This document shows, piece after piece, positions 33,296 through 42,568 of a stretch of 46,182 nt of DNA. The DNA comes from Piedraia hortae CBS 480.64 (lineage: Eukaryota). The notes under the pieces were generated by a model. The model worked only from the letters and a program-made list of their open reading frames with translations, did no database searches and was not told the origin of the DNA. The position numbers and the translations under genes were made by a program. Location: contig MU005992.1 of NCBI GenBank assembly GCA_010093745.1, positions 124,001-170,182 of the forward strand, in the 5' to 3' direction. How positions within the stretch are numbered: position 1 is the first letter of the stretch; each line of letters begins with the position of its first letter.

Positions 33296-33781
33296 ATGGG
33301 TTTCATCACGGATGCAGTCGATCAATTCACTAAGAAAGTCGGACATGCGATCACGAAGTTTTTCGCCAGGGCAGGTGATATAGTTCTCAAGAAGCCTCTA
33401 CAAGCGATACCAAGTCTCGTTCAATGGATAAAAGACAACAAAGTGGCACTTCTCGCCATTGCGGGTGTTATTGTTCTTGTTCTACTCCTAAGTTTAGGCT
33501 TAAGATTCATCTTGTCCGCGTGTGGTTTTGCCTTTTATGGCATCGTAAAAGGTAAAGATACCACCCAAGTCGTTTGATTCTGCTCTGACGCATTGTTAGG
33601 ATCGGCGGCGGCTGCCTACCAAGCCGCCAATGGGGCTACAATTGCCTTTAGCATTCTTCAAAGCGCGGCTATGGCGGGTTATGGAGGCCCAATTCTCGTG
33701 TCAATAGTATGTATAATCGGATTGATCGCAATTATTGCGATTGCTTGGGGGACATGGGGAAAGGTCGCCCCAGGGCTGTAA
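33296..33781 (+). CDS. Small IFI6/IFI27 (ISG12-motif)-like membrane protein (intron 33552-33599)
   Basis: A 48-nt GT..CTGAC..AG intron joins two ORFs into GFAFYGIVKGSAAAAYQA...FSILQSAAMAGYG flanked by hydrophobic segments. Confidence 0.7.
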
Positions 33782-34177
33782 GACTATTTGCTAGTTCCGT
33801 ATACTGCTATTGTTCCATCTCAATCTCATCTTGTGCGGAAAGTTACCGCTGCCATCTATGAGATTCGGAGCTGTCAACAAACGTTGCGTCATAGACGCGT
33901 GGTGACGTTGCGGGGCAGTGTCCGTGCGCCTGTGAAAACTGCCATGTGATTAGGTGGGGCAGCGCGAAGAGGCTGGGCCAAGAGTTGCTTCCTCTCCAAC
34001 ACCACCTCATTCCGCACCCTGTGGCTTGTTAACAGTATCGCAACGGAAAATTCAACGGGACTCGCAACACCAGCCGCCCACTGCGTGACTCTTGGGTCCG
34101 TTCGTCCTGGGCGGGGTCTCCTCTGGCCCGCCCTCAGCACAAAGACAGCAGTGCAACAACCAGGTAGAGTATTCAAG

Positions 34178-37147
34178 ATGTCGGTGCGCGAGGAGCGAGT
34201 CGTGTACCACGAAGTTGATGAATACGATGAACCGCCGAGGCGCCAGAAGGTCAAGCGCTTCGTTTATCCTGATCCTCCGTCTCCTGCTACCGCAGTGCAG
34301 ACTGTCGTCCGAGGCCCCGATGAAGTTGAGACGGTCACTATTCGCCGGGAGCAGCGAAAGACAGATGATTATCCGACGGCCGCAAATCGCTACAGTGTTC
34401 GTGAGTGCGAGCGCGACGTCTCGCCCAAGCGCGATATCACCTACCGCGTAGTTGAGCGCGGCAGCGACACGGGTCGTCCGCCTATCCAGCGTTCAGTTCA
34501 CAGCGGCGAGCGCCGCATGTCTGATCGACACGAGGATACGGAGTGGGTTCGCGAGTACCGCTATGAGCGCGAGCGGGATGTCTCGGCCCCTCGTCGCCGC
34601 CCCGACGTGGACGACGACTCGACTATCAAGCGTTACGTTAAAAATACCGAGTACTACACGCAGCCTCAGCCCCAGCCTCCTCCGATTGTCATTCGCGAGC
34701 CTGTGCCGCAGCCGATCATCATTCGCGAAGAACGCCGGGCGCCAACAGTCGTGAGCGAGAAACGCAAGGATACCAACCTCGATTTTCTCGAGCGCGAGGA
34801 GAAGCGGGAGGAGCAGTCGCTAGTCAAGCACGATGACACGCCGTCACCGCTACCCCCTACTCCGTCTAATCATGCAACCGCCGGAAGCAACCTCCGTCAA
34901 CCGGATGATAACCAATATTTCTATGAGAGGCGCGTAGTGAGGGCCAACCGCCGCGACAGCCGCGATGATTACGACCGCCGCACCGAACTTGGACCGCGGG
35001 ACAGCCTTTCAAACTATAGCAGCGACAGCAGCTACGAGTATCACCGCCGCACCTACTCGCGCTCTCCTTCCCGCTCGCGTTCACGTTCGCCGCGCCGCCG
35101 CCGCCGCCATATTGCCCAAGGCATGCTGGCTGGCGTTGGTGCCGCCGAAGTTCTACGCCGCCATCGTCAAAGCGAAGGTAAGATGGTGGGCGGCAGGTTT
35201 CGTGACGACATTGCCGGCGCAGCAGTTGGAGCCATTGGCGCTGAAGCCATTAGACGTGCGCGCAGCAAGAGTCGCGCTCGTTGGTCGCGCAGCCGATCGC
35301 GCAGCACGTCTCGCGGTCCGCGCAGACGGAGGTCTCGCAATCGAAGCCGTCGAAGCCGCAGCCGTAGCCGGTCTGCGTCTCGCAAGCAGAACCTGGGCAG
35401 CGTGGCCGCCATTGCGGCTGCCGGAGCGCTGGCTGGATATATGATCACTAAGAACAAGAACAAGGAGACAGTCATCGTCAGCGATGCACCCCGCAGCCGC
35501 AGCCGCAGCCGTCGTCGGGGTCGGGGTCGCAGTGTCAGCAGTTATTCCAGCAGCCCTTCTCCTCCCCGTGGCGGCGGTGGAGGTTCATCAGCGCAGGAAC
35601 GAAATAGTCGAGTCGCGCAGGCAGGTCTCGCGACGGCGACGGCAGCAGGGATGTTGAGCCGTATGCGCTCGAAGAGCAGGTCGGGCCGATCCAAGAGCAG
35701 AGCCCGTTCGAGAAGCAGACTTCGGACGGGTGTTCCGATGGCGGCAGCAGGACTGGGAGGCGCAGCTCTCGCCGGTCTCTACGAGAACAAAAAGGCTAAC
35801 AAAGAGAAGAAAAAGCAGGCCATCATCGAGGACGAGTTGAACCGGGGCAGAAGAAGACGAAGCCGATCTCGGAGTAGGTCCGTTCTATCGCACCCCGCTG
35901 ACCATTCGCCCGTTGACGAGGGGGGCTTGATAGAATATGGCCATGAGCCTATCCGTCCCGAGGGTCGTGGAACTCGCGGCGATGAGGAGCCGGGCAGCTA
36001 CCGCCGTCGTCATGGTGGTGGCAGCGGCAGTAGCAGCAGCCCAGACGCGAGGCCGCGTAACAGCTCACGTGGTAAGCGTATGACCGAAGCGGGTGCTGTT
36101 GCAGGCGCTGTGGCGGCCCACGAACTGTATAAGCACGGTCGTGATCGTTCGCGTTCTCGCTCGCGCTCCCGTTCTCGTTCTCGTCCCCGGCCTCTTTCCC
36201 GTGAGGACCCGCGACGTAAGGTCTCCTACTCTTCCCGCGTGTCTGATGCTGAGAGTTCTTCAAAAGAAACAGAACACGCTCGCTCGCGCTCGCGAGATGG
36301 ACGTCGAGACCACGCCCCCCCCGAGCCGTATCCATCCGACAGCTACTTCCCACCGCCGCCCACAGGGGCCAACAGCCCGCCGCCGCAGTCGCCGTACCCC
36401 GATGACTCGCCTTATCCGCCCTATGTACCGGCAGATTATGCGGCAGACCCCCGTGCTCAGCTCCCGTACCAACCAACCGACTACGCCGCCGGCAACTATC
36501 CGCTGTACGAGGAGCCAGTCCGACAGGCGCGCCGTACGGGGAATAGAAACCCAGAGAATGTGAGTGCGCCCACAGAATCACAAGTTCCCAGCCAGAAAAA
36601 TGCACCAGTCAGCCTTGAACCCAGCGCTAGTACCCCCAAGAACGTCACTGATGTTGATCCGCTATCCTTAGATGGTATGACCCTGGCGGCCACTCCAACG
36701 GCTCCTCGATCTCGTAGCATGAGTCGGGTTCAGTTCGACCTGGCCCAAAACACTGCATACTCGCCCGAAGTCAGCCGCTCATCCAACTCAAGCAGCACCG
36801 ATACCCCGTCCAGCGACTGGGATAGTCACCGTCATCGCAACTACCCCTATCAACACCGCTACGACGACCACCGCCATGGTAACAAACGAAATGACCATCC
36901 CCGCATGCACGATCGCTACCAACGTTCCCCCTCTCCCCGTTCGCTCGAAGAACATAGACTTGCCTCCCGTTACGACCGTTTCGCATACCTCGACCGCCTG
37001 GGTTATTTCGACGGCCTAGGTTACTATCACCGCTACAACTCCATGGACAGGAACCGTCACATCGCCCAGGCAATCCATTACATCATCGGCCCGGATTTCC
37101 TCGGAAACCTCTTTACGCGTGGGGGTAAGCGTCATTGCGAGCGTTAG
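34178..37147 (+). CDS. RS-rich low-complexity protein, DUF3824-type
   Basis: Long ORF with repeated RSRSRS tracts, GA-rich helices (AAAGLGGAALAGLYE) and a YFPPPP/YVPADY region typical of this fungal family as I recall it. First ATG at 34178. Confidence 0.68.
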   Translation: MSVREERVVYHEVDEYDEPPRRQKVKRFVYPDPPSPATAVQTVVRGPDEVETVTIRREQRKTDDYPTAANRYSVRECERDVSPKRDITYRVVERGSDTGRPPIQRSVHSGERRMSDRHEDTEWVREYRYERERDVSAPRRRPDVDDDSTIKRYVKNTEYYTQPQPQPPPIVIREPVPQPIIIREERRAPTVVSEKRKDTNLDFLEREEKREEQSLVKHDDTPSPLPPTPSNHATAGSNLRQPDDNQYFYERRVVRANRRDSRDDYDRRTELGPRDSLSNYSSDSSYEYHRRTYSRSPSRSRSRSPRRRRRHIAQGMLAGVGAAEVLRRHRQSEGKMVGGRFRDDIAGAAVGAIGAEAIRRARSKSRARWSRSRSRSTSRGPRRRRSRNRSRRSRSRSRSASRKQNLGSVAAIAAAGALAGYMITKNKNKETVIVSDAPRSRSRSRRRGRGRSVSSYSSSPSPPRGGGGGSSAQERNSRVAQAGLATATAAGMLSRMRSKSRSGRSKSRARSRSRLRTGVPMAAAGLGGAALAGLYENKKANKEKKKQAIIEDELNRGRRRRSRSRSRSVLSHPADHSPVDEGGLIEYGHEPIRPEGRGTRGDEEPGSYRRRHGGGSGSSSSPDARPRNSSRGKRMTEAGAVAGAVAAHELYKHGRDRSRSRSRSRSRSRPRPLSREDPRRKVSYSSRVSDAESSSKETEHARSRSRDGRRDHAPPEPYPSDSYFPPPPTGANSPPPQSPYPDDSPYPPYVPADYAADPRAQLPYQPTDYAAGNYPLYEEPVRQARRTGNRNPENVSAPTESQVPSQKNAPVSLEPSASTPKNVTDVDPLSLDGMTLAATPTAPRSRSMSRVQFDLAQNTAYSPEVSRSSNSSSTDTPSSDWDSHRHRNYPYQHRYDDHRHGNKRNDHPRMHDRYQRSPSPRSLEEHRLASRYDRFAYLDRLGYFDGLGYYHRYNSMDRNRHIAQAIHYIIGPDFLGNLFTRGGKRHCER

Positions 37148-37737
37148 AGAGATCGGTAATTCTGTAGACCCATGACCCGTATGCATTCGCACTGAAACTT
37201 TGCCTCTGCTGATGTGATGTTGAAGCATGAGTGAGATGGTTCGATGAATGGTAAGTATACTGACGTGAGTAGGGAATACTACTGCTCGACTGTAGGATGT
37301 ACGATGCGGTATAATTGATAGGTACAAAATGTTTTTACAAGTGGAACAGGACGGAAATTACCTAATCGAGTTGTAGGACGGATTCCTTCACGAGGTTTGA
37401 GAACGACCCTTACCTGCCTGGATAGGGTCATATCGCCTAACCTTGTGAAAAAAGGTCGGAACATCCTCACCTTTTTGTGGGGGAGCACAATCTCTGCTCC
37501 CTTTCCCATATGTACATAGTAATCCTTACCTTGAATAATGCCACGTTGCCCGACCTTAAAGTGTCGAAGCATCCTTACCTTGAGAGCACAAGCTCAGCTT
37601 GCCCTCCGTGTAAAAGATTCAGACAGCTCATCTCGTAGGATGTCAGAAGGTCTGTTCAGAGATGAAACGATGCAAATTCATCTATTTAAGAAGAGTTGCA
37701 TGCCCATCTCTCAGCCACCACGCTGGATGAAAGATAT

Positions 37738-38305
37738 CTACGCGACAAGCTGGACAACACCGCCAGCCTCTTTGATCTTGCGTTCAGCGTCCTTGCTGAA
37801 GTAACGCGCACGGACGATAAGAGGGCACTTCTCGGGAAGACGACCCTTGCCGAGGACTTTGCTGTAACCGAGGGGGAGGAGGTCGAGGACCGGAGCGGTG
37901 TCGCCGGAAGCACCCTTGGCAAGGTACTTTTCGCGCTGCTCGAGAGGCACTAGGGACCAGAGCTGTGATAAGATATCAATAAGGGTTCAGCACATTTTTG
38001 AGAATGCCACGCACCTTGTCGAGGTTGATGACCGGCTTCCAATAGTGATTTCCCAGTTTGTGGAAATGGCGCATGCCGACCTTTCCAAAGTACCCAGGGT
38101 GATACTTGTCAAAGTTGGTACGGTGATGGTGCTGGCCACCGGCGAGACCGCGACCACCAGGGTGCTTGCGGTGCTTTCCGACACGACCGTGACCGGCGGA
38201 GACGTGGCCGCGGCTGTTATTAAGTTAGTTGATTAAAACTCTTCTTCGGAAATCGCAAGGCGATGCCACGTACTGCTTGCGAGTCTTGGACAATCGGGTA
38301 GGCAT
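37738..38305 (-). CDS. RPL28: 60S ribosomal protein uL15 (L28/L27a); introns 38214-38273 and 37963-38014
   Basis: [33 protein letters not shown]...[12 protein letters not shown]...NLDKLWSL...KVLGKGRLP...[13 protein letters not shown]. Confidence 0.97.
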
Positions 38306-38541
38306 GATGTCCGATGCTTGCGGTGTTGGGCGATCGAATTTGCAGCAGAGTGTGGAGTCAAGCAGCCTTGGCACTCGCACGTGATTTGGGCGGAACGTGC
38401 CGTGCCGCTGTCAGCTAGATCACAATTGTCACAGCTCTCGAGATGAATCTACCTGAAGCGGGGAATGCAATAGGAAACGAATAGCCATGTCAACGCCATT
38501 ATCGGCTCAATTGTGTACAGTACATGTATCCCACAACTCGT

Positions 38542-38838
38542 TTATTTCCGGTCATGCTTCTTCGATAGTTCTTCCATCTCCTTGCGATCCTTTGCTAGCT
38601 GACCCTCATTGGCGGCGATCTTCTCCTTCAGAGCCTTGAGCTTTTCCATCTCACGCTGTCGAACGGCGTACTCCTCTTGAGCATGTTCGCGCTTGGTCCA
38701 CGCATCACCCTGTTGAGAGCCACCTGAACGCGGTGCACCTGCATCCCCTCCGGCCATCTGACGTGCGGCCATGCTGAAGGTGCGCAATGACTGGCGCATG
38801 GTAGGCAGTTGGCGGGAAACAATCTGGGACAGAGACAT
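38542..38838 (-). CDS. INH1: Mitochondrial F1F0 ATPase inhibitor (IF1)
   Basis: Presequence followed by GDAGAPRSGG...GDAWTKREHAQEEYAVRQREMEKLKALKEKI coiled coil. Confidence 0.9.
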   Translation of the reverse strand: MSLSQIVSRQLPTMRQSLRTFSMAARQMAGGDAGAPRSGGSQQGDAWTKREHAQEEYAVRQREMEKLKALKEKIAANEGQLAKDRKEMEELSKKHDRK

Positions 38839-39322
38839 TGCTGTAAACTGAGCAAGAGTTCTCTCTGGAGCGGGGGCGCGTTGATTACCTTTTGCAGTTG
38901 TAGACGCTTGTCGTTGACTTTGACGTGGTTTGCTGGACAGCTGCCTCGGGTATGCCTGGCCCGTGCACCCAACAACTGATCCAAATCCTCGCCTAATACT
39001 TCGAAGGTACTACAATTGCTCGTGGATTCTACAGATTAAAGAATGTCTACAACCATAATACTAGCTCTCTACTCAATCTAACCCGCTTCTAGTAAGAGGA
39101 CTCCACGTATCGATGGACTCGCGTAGAGAAACACCCTTGGTTGGCAGGACATGATCTTGTAATACGTGAGTCTGCCAAGCCAACAGGCAGCGAAAGGCGT
39201 GAGAAAGATATGGCGGACACGAAGACGCTTTGGAGTTGACAAAAGTTCCCCCCCCCCCTTTACGTCATAGCAAGAATTAACGATCGCCCCGCCATGCTGT
39301 CCAGACAAAAGACAATATCAAG

Positions 39323-40900
39323 ATGGCCACAATTCCACCTCGACGACGGCCGAGCCGTCGTGGCTCCATGGCAGATATGCCCAAGAGTCTTTTGCAGCAG
39401 ATCCAGACGTTGGAGAAGGAGTTCATCGTTGGGACGGCCAAGCTGAAGGAAATTACCGAGCACTTTGTAGCTGAGCTGACCAAAGGACTGTCCAAGGAAG
39501 GTGGCAATATACCAATGAATCCAACGTGGTGCATGGGGTTCCCGACAGGCGAGGAGACAGGCAAGTATCTCGCCCTGGATATGGGCGGAACCAATCTCCG
39601 AGTGTGTGAAGTCACCCTTCTCGAAGGTAGTGGCGAGTTTGACATCACTCAAAGCAAATACAAGCTCCCGGAAGAGCTCAAAACGGGCAATGCTGAGGAC
39701 CTTTGGGGGTATATTGCGGACTGCCTCGAACAGTTTATGGAATATCACCACGGTGGTGAACAGTTTTTGCATATGCCGTTGGGTTTCACGTTTTCGTATC
39801 CCGTCACTCAGCTATACATCAATCACGGCGTCCTTCAGCGCTGGACCAAGGGCTTTGATATTGATGGCGTTGAGGGCCACAATGTTGTCCTGCCCTTTGA
39901 AGCTGCGTTGAAAAGCCGCGGGCTGCCAATCAAGTTGACAGCGCTGATTAATGACACAACTGGAACCCTTATTGCTAGCAACTACACGGATCCGGAGATG
40001 AAGATGGGGTGTATCTTTGGCACGGGCTGCAACGCGGCCTACATGGAGACTTGCGGTAACATTCCCAAGCTCAGTGATATGAAGCTGGACCCTAACCAGG
40101 AGATTGCTATCAATTGTGAGTGGGGGGCGTTTGACAATGAGCTCAAGGTCCTGCCGCGGACAAAGTATGATGTTATGATTGATCAAGACTCCCCCCGGCC
40201 TGGTCAGCAATCGTTTGAGAAAATGGTTTCAGGCCTCTACCTCGGAGAATTGTGGCGATTGGTCCTTGTCGATTTGCACGAGAACCAGGAGTGCAACATC
40301 TTCAAAGGACAGGACATCTCGGCCCTTAAGAAGCCTTACTCGCTTGACGCTTCGTTCCTCTCGGATATCGAGAATGATCCGTTTGAGAATCTGCAGGAAA
40401 CAGATGACTTGTTTGTGCAGAAGCTAAATATCAAGGCCAACAAGCCTGAATTGGAGTTGTGTCGCAGGCTGGCCGAGCTCATTGGGACACGAAGCGCTAG
40501 GCTCAGTAGGCACTATCATTTGAAGGCAATTTTACAAAGCTAACGTCATTTAGGTGCGTGTGGAGTGGCAGCAATTTCCAAGAAAAAGGGTTACAAAACG
40601 TGTCATGTCGGTGCTGACGGGTCGGTGTTCAATAAATACCCTCACTTCAAAGCGCGCGGGGCGCAGGCATTGAAGGAGATTCTAGACTGGGAAAAGGGAC
40701 GTGATGGCAAACCACTCGGAAGAGGCAACGATCCCATTGAGATCTTGCCCGCCGAAGACGGTTCAGGTGTGGGAGCAGCGCTCATTGCCGCTCTGACGCT
40801 TAAGCGGGCCAAGGAAGGTAACGTCACTGGCATTGACAACCCCGAAGCCATGCTTCACGTCTGCAATACCACTGCCGCTGCTCCGTCGGGCCACAAGTAG
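39323..40900 (+). CDS. HXK: Hexokinase (intron 40506-40553)
   Basis: RRPSRRGSMAD N-terminus, LALDMGGTNLRV, LGFTFSYP, WTKGF, INDTTGTL, INCEWGAFD, FEKMVSGLYLGE, ARLSACGVAAI across the intron and EDGSGVGAAL. Confidence 0.96.
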
Positions 40901-41051
40901 TGCTTGCTGCCGACGGCTGTGACGTTGGCACAGGCATCAACTGGTTTGTTGTTAGAACCAATATCACGCAGACAACCTGTACACATAGGCTATGTAGTGC
41001 AGAGCTTGTTCTCGTTATTGCAAGATACTTAGAGACTACACTTTCCCTCCA

Positions 41052-42176
41052 TTAGTGAGCCTCATGGCCGTCCCCCATATCCAGTACAAACGGGACCACA
41101 GCACCGTCACTGTCGTTTGAGGTCTCAAGACTTCTCAGACTAGCGGGTCTACTTCGTAGGTCATCCAGCGGGAGACTAAACCAATACGAAGTATCCAATG
41201 GGTCATGGTGAGGGCGCAAAGCCGTAGGCGGCATCAACAGCTCATCCAACCTGGGACACGTTTCCGACACGGCCGTCATCGTTGTCTGCAACTGCAACGT
41301 GTTTCCCAGCTTCAAAGTCTTAAGTCGCGGCCACTGAATACGCGACGTATCCGGCAAAGCCAAGGGCGTGGGACCGGGACGATCGAGCCAGACAAAGCTC
41401 AAGGATAGAATCGTCGGCGCGAAACTGGCCAGATATCCCCTCAACGAGACGAAAAATGTATGTTTCTGCGACTCTGTGAGCGACGACTGTGGGTTACGAA
41501 CATGGAGGGTCAGATAGGTGATTCTCTGCCATATGCATGGTACACGCATGTTGTGCAAAGCCGGGGGTCCAAACGCAGAGAACCCATCCCAGCGTAGGGC
41601 GAGCACGCCCATGGCCGTTACGGCGTCCACCCGAAGCGTTTCTAGCTTCGGTAGACTGGACTCATCCAGCGCGCTGCGGATCGTGATGAGCGTGTTCTCA
41701 CACTCTCCGAACCCCAGCCAGCCTGCATCGCCTTGAACTTGGATAATGAGGCTTTCCAGCTGCTCGAACTGCTCTAACATGGCTACCCAAACTCCCCGCT
41801 GCGCACGGTCAATGTTGCTGGTGCTGCGGCGTCGGTCCTGCGAGTAGATTGATGTTGGGCTGGGTAGCGCTGCTTGACCCGCGGGGGTGCCGGAAAAGGT
41901 CATGGTGAGCTCGCGGCAACAGCCCGCGGCTGTGCGGAGCGTCCAAAGGGTTTCAGGATGTGCGACCGGGAAGTTGATGTGCACCCTCCCAAACATCTCG
42001 CAGGCGCGTAGCTTTACCAGGTGTTGAAGCGGCCATGATACACCTCGTAGAGTCCGCAGATCGACAGCGCCCAGGTACGGTAGGAGTCTATGCCGGATTT
42101 GCTGGGTCTGGTCGTAGGTTTCTGGCATGCACAAGGTATGCTCGAACAGAGAGAGTTTTTTACGACGGCGGTACAT
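41052..42176 (-). CDS. Hypothetical protein with an F-box-like N-terminus and LRR-like C-terminus
   Basis: 374-aa ATG ORF with LLPYLGAVDLRTLRGVSWPL (F-box-like) and LxxLxL segments (LPKLETLRV, WPRLKTLKL, CPRLDELL). Confidence 0.6.
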   Translation of the reverse strand: MYRRRKKLSLFEHTLCMPETYDQTQQIRHRLLPYLGAVDLRTLRGVSWPLQHLVKLRACEMFGRVHINFPVAHPETLWTLRTAAGCCRELTMTFSGTPAGQAALPSPTSIYSQDRRRSTSNIDRAQRGVWVAMLEQFEQLESLIIQVQGDAGWLGFGECENTLITIRSALDESSLPKLETLRVDAVTAMGVLALRWDGFSAFGPPALHNMRVPCIWQRITYLTLHVRNPQSSLTESQKHTFFVSLRGYLASFAPTILSLSFVWLDRPGPTPLALPDTSRIQWPRLKTLKLGNTLQLQTTMTAVSETCPRLDELLMPPTALRPHHDPLDTSYWFSLPLDDLRSRPASLRSLETSNDSDGAVVPFVLDMGDGHEAH

Positions 42177-42568
42177 TTTTGTCGCCAGTGTGCGTTGCTG
42201 CCAGTGTGTGGTGTTGTTTTGGAAGTCTCATTTTGGCCTTGAACGCGTGTTCTGAGCTCTTGTGCGAATCTGTGAGTGTTGCTGATTGTGTGCTGTAATT
42301 GTTGCAATAGGCGTGACTTGAGATGATACTTTTAGACCAGTTGTTGGCTGTTTCCGTGGGCGAAATCATTTCCATAAAACGAAGCTCGCGTGTCTAGCAT
42401 CATGTCGTGGCTGCGGTCATGTAACCTCGCATCCGGTAGTCTGGCTAGTGGCACCTTATCAGTGAAGAATGATCTGCACAGCCGTTTAAATCGGGCCAGA
42501 GGGGCCGGCGTGAACTCTGCCCCTTCGGCCGAGGAGTCTGCAATCGAGCAAATACAACAATCACCATC

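Noticed and set aside
37400..37505. U1 snRNA (CTTACCTG, U-rich Sm-like tract, terminal hairpin)
   Set aside because: Too short and lacks the U1-70K loop (GATCA.GAAG) and U1A loop (ATTGCAC). Kept only as part of the motif-array finding.
39294..39446. Out-of-frame upstream ATG ORF overlapping the hexokinase start
   Set aside because: It is only 29 nt upstream and may precede the transcription start. It cannot be supported without TSS data.
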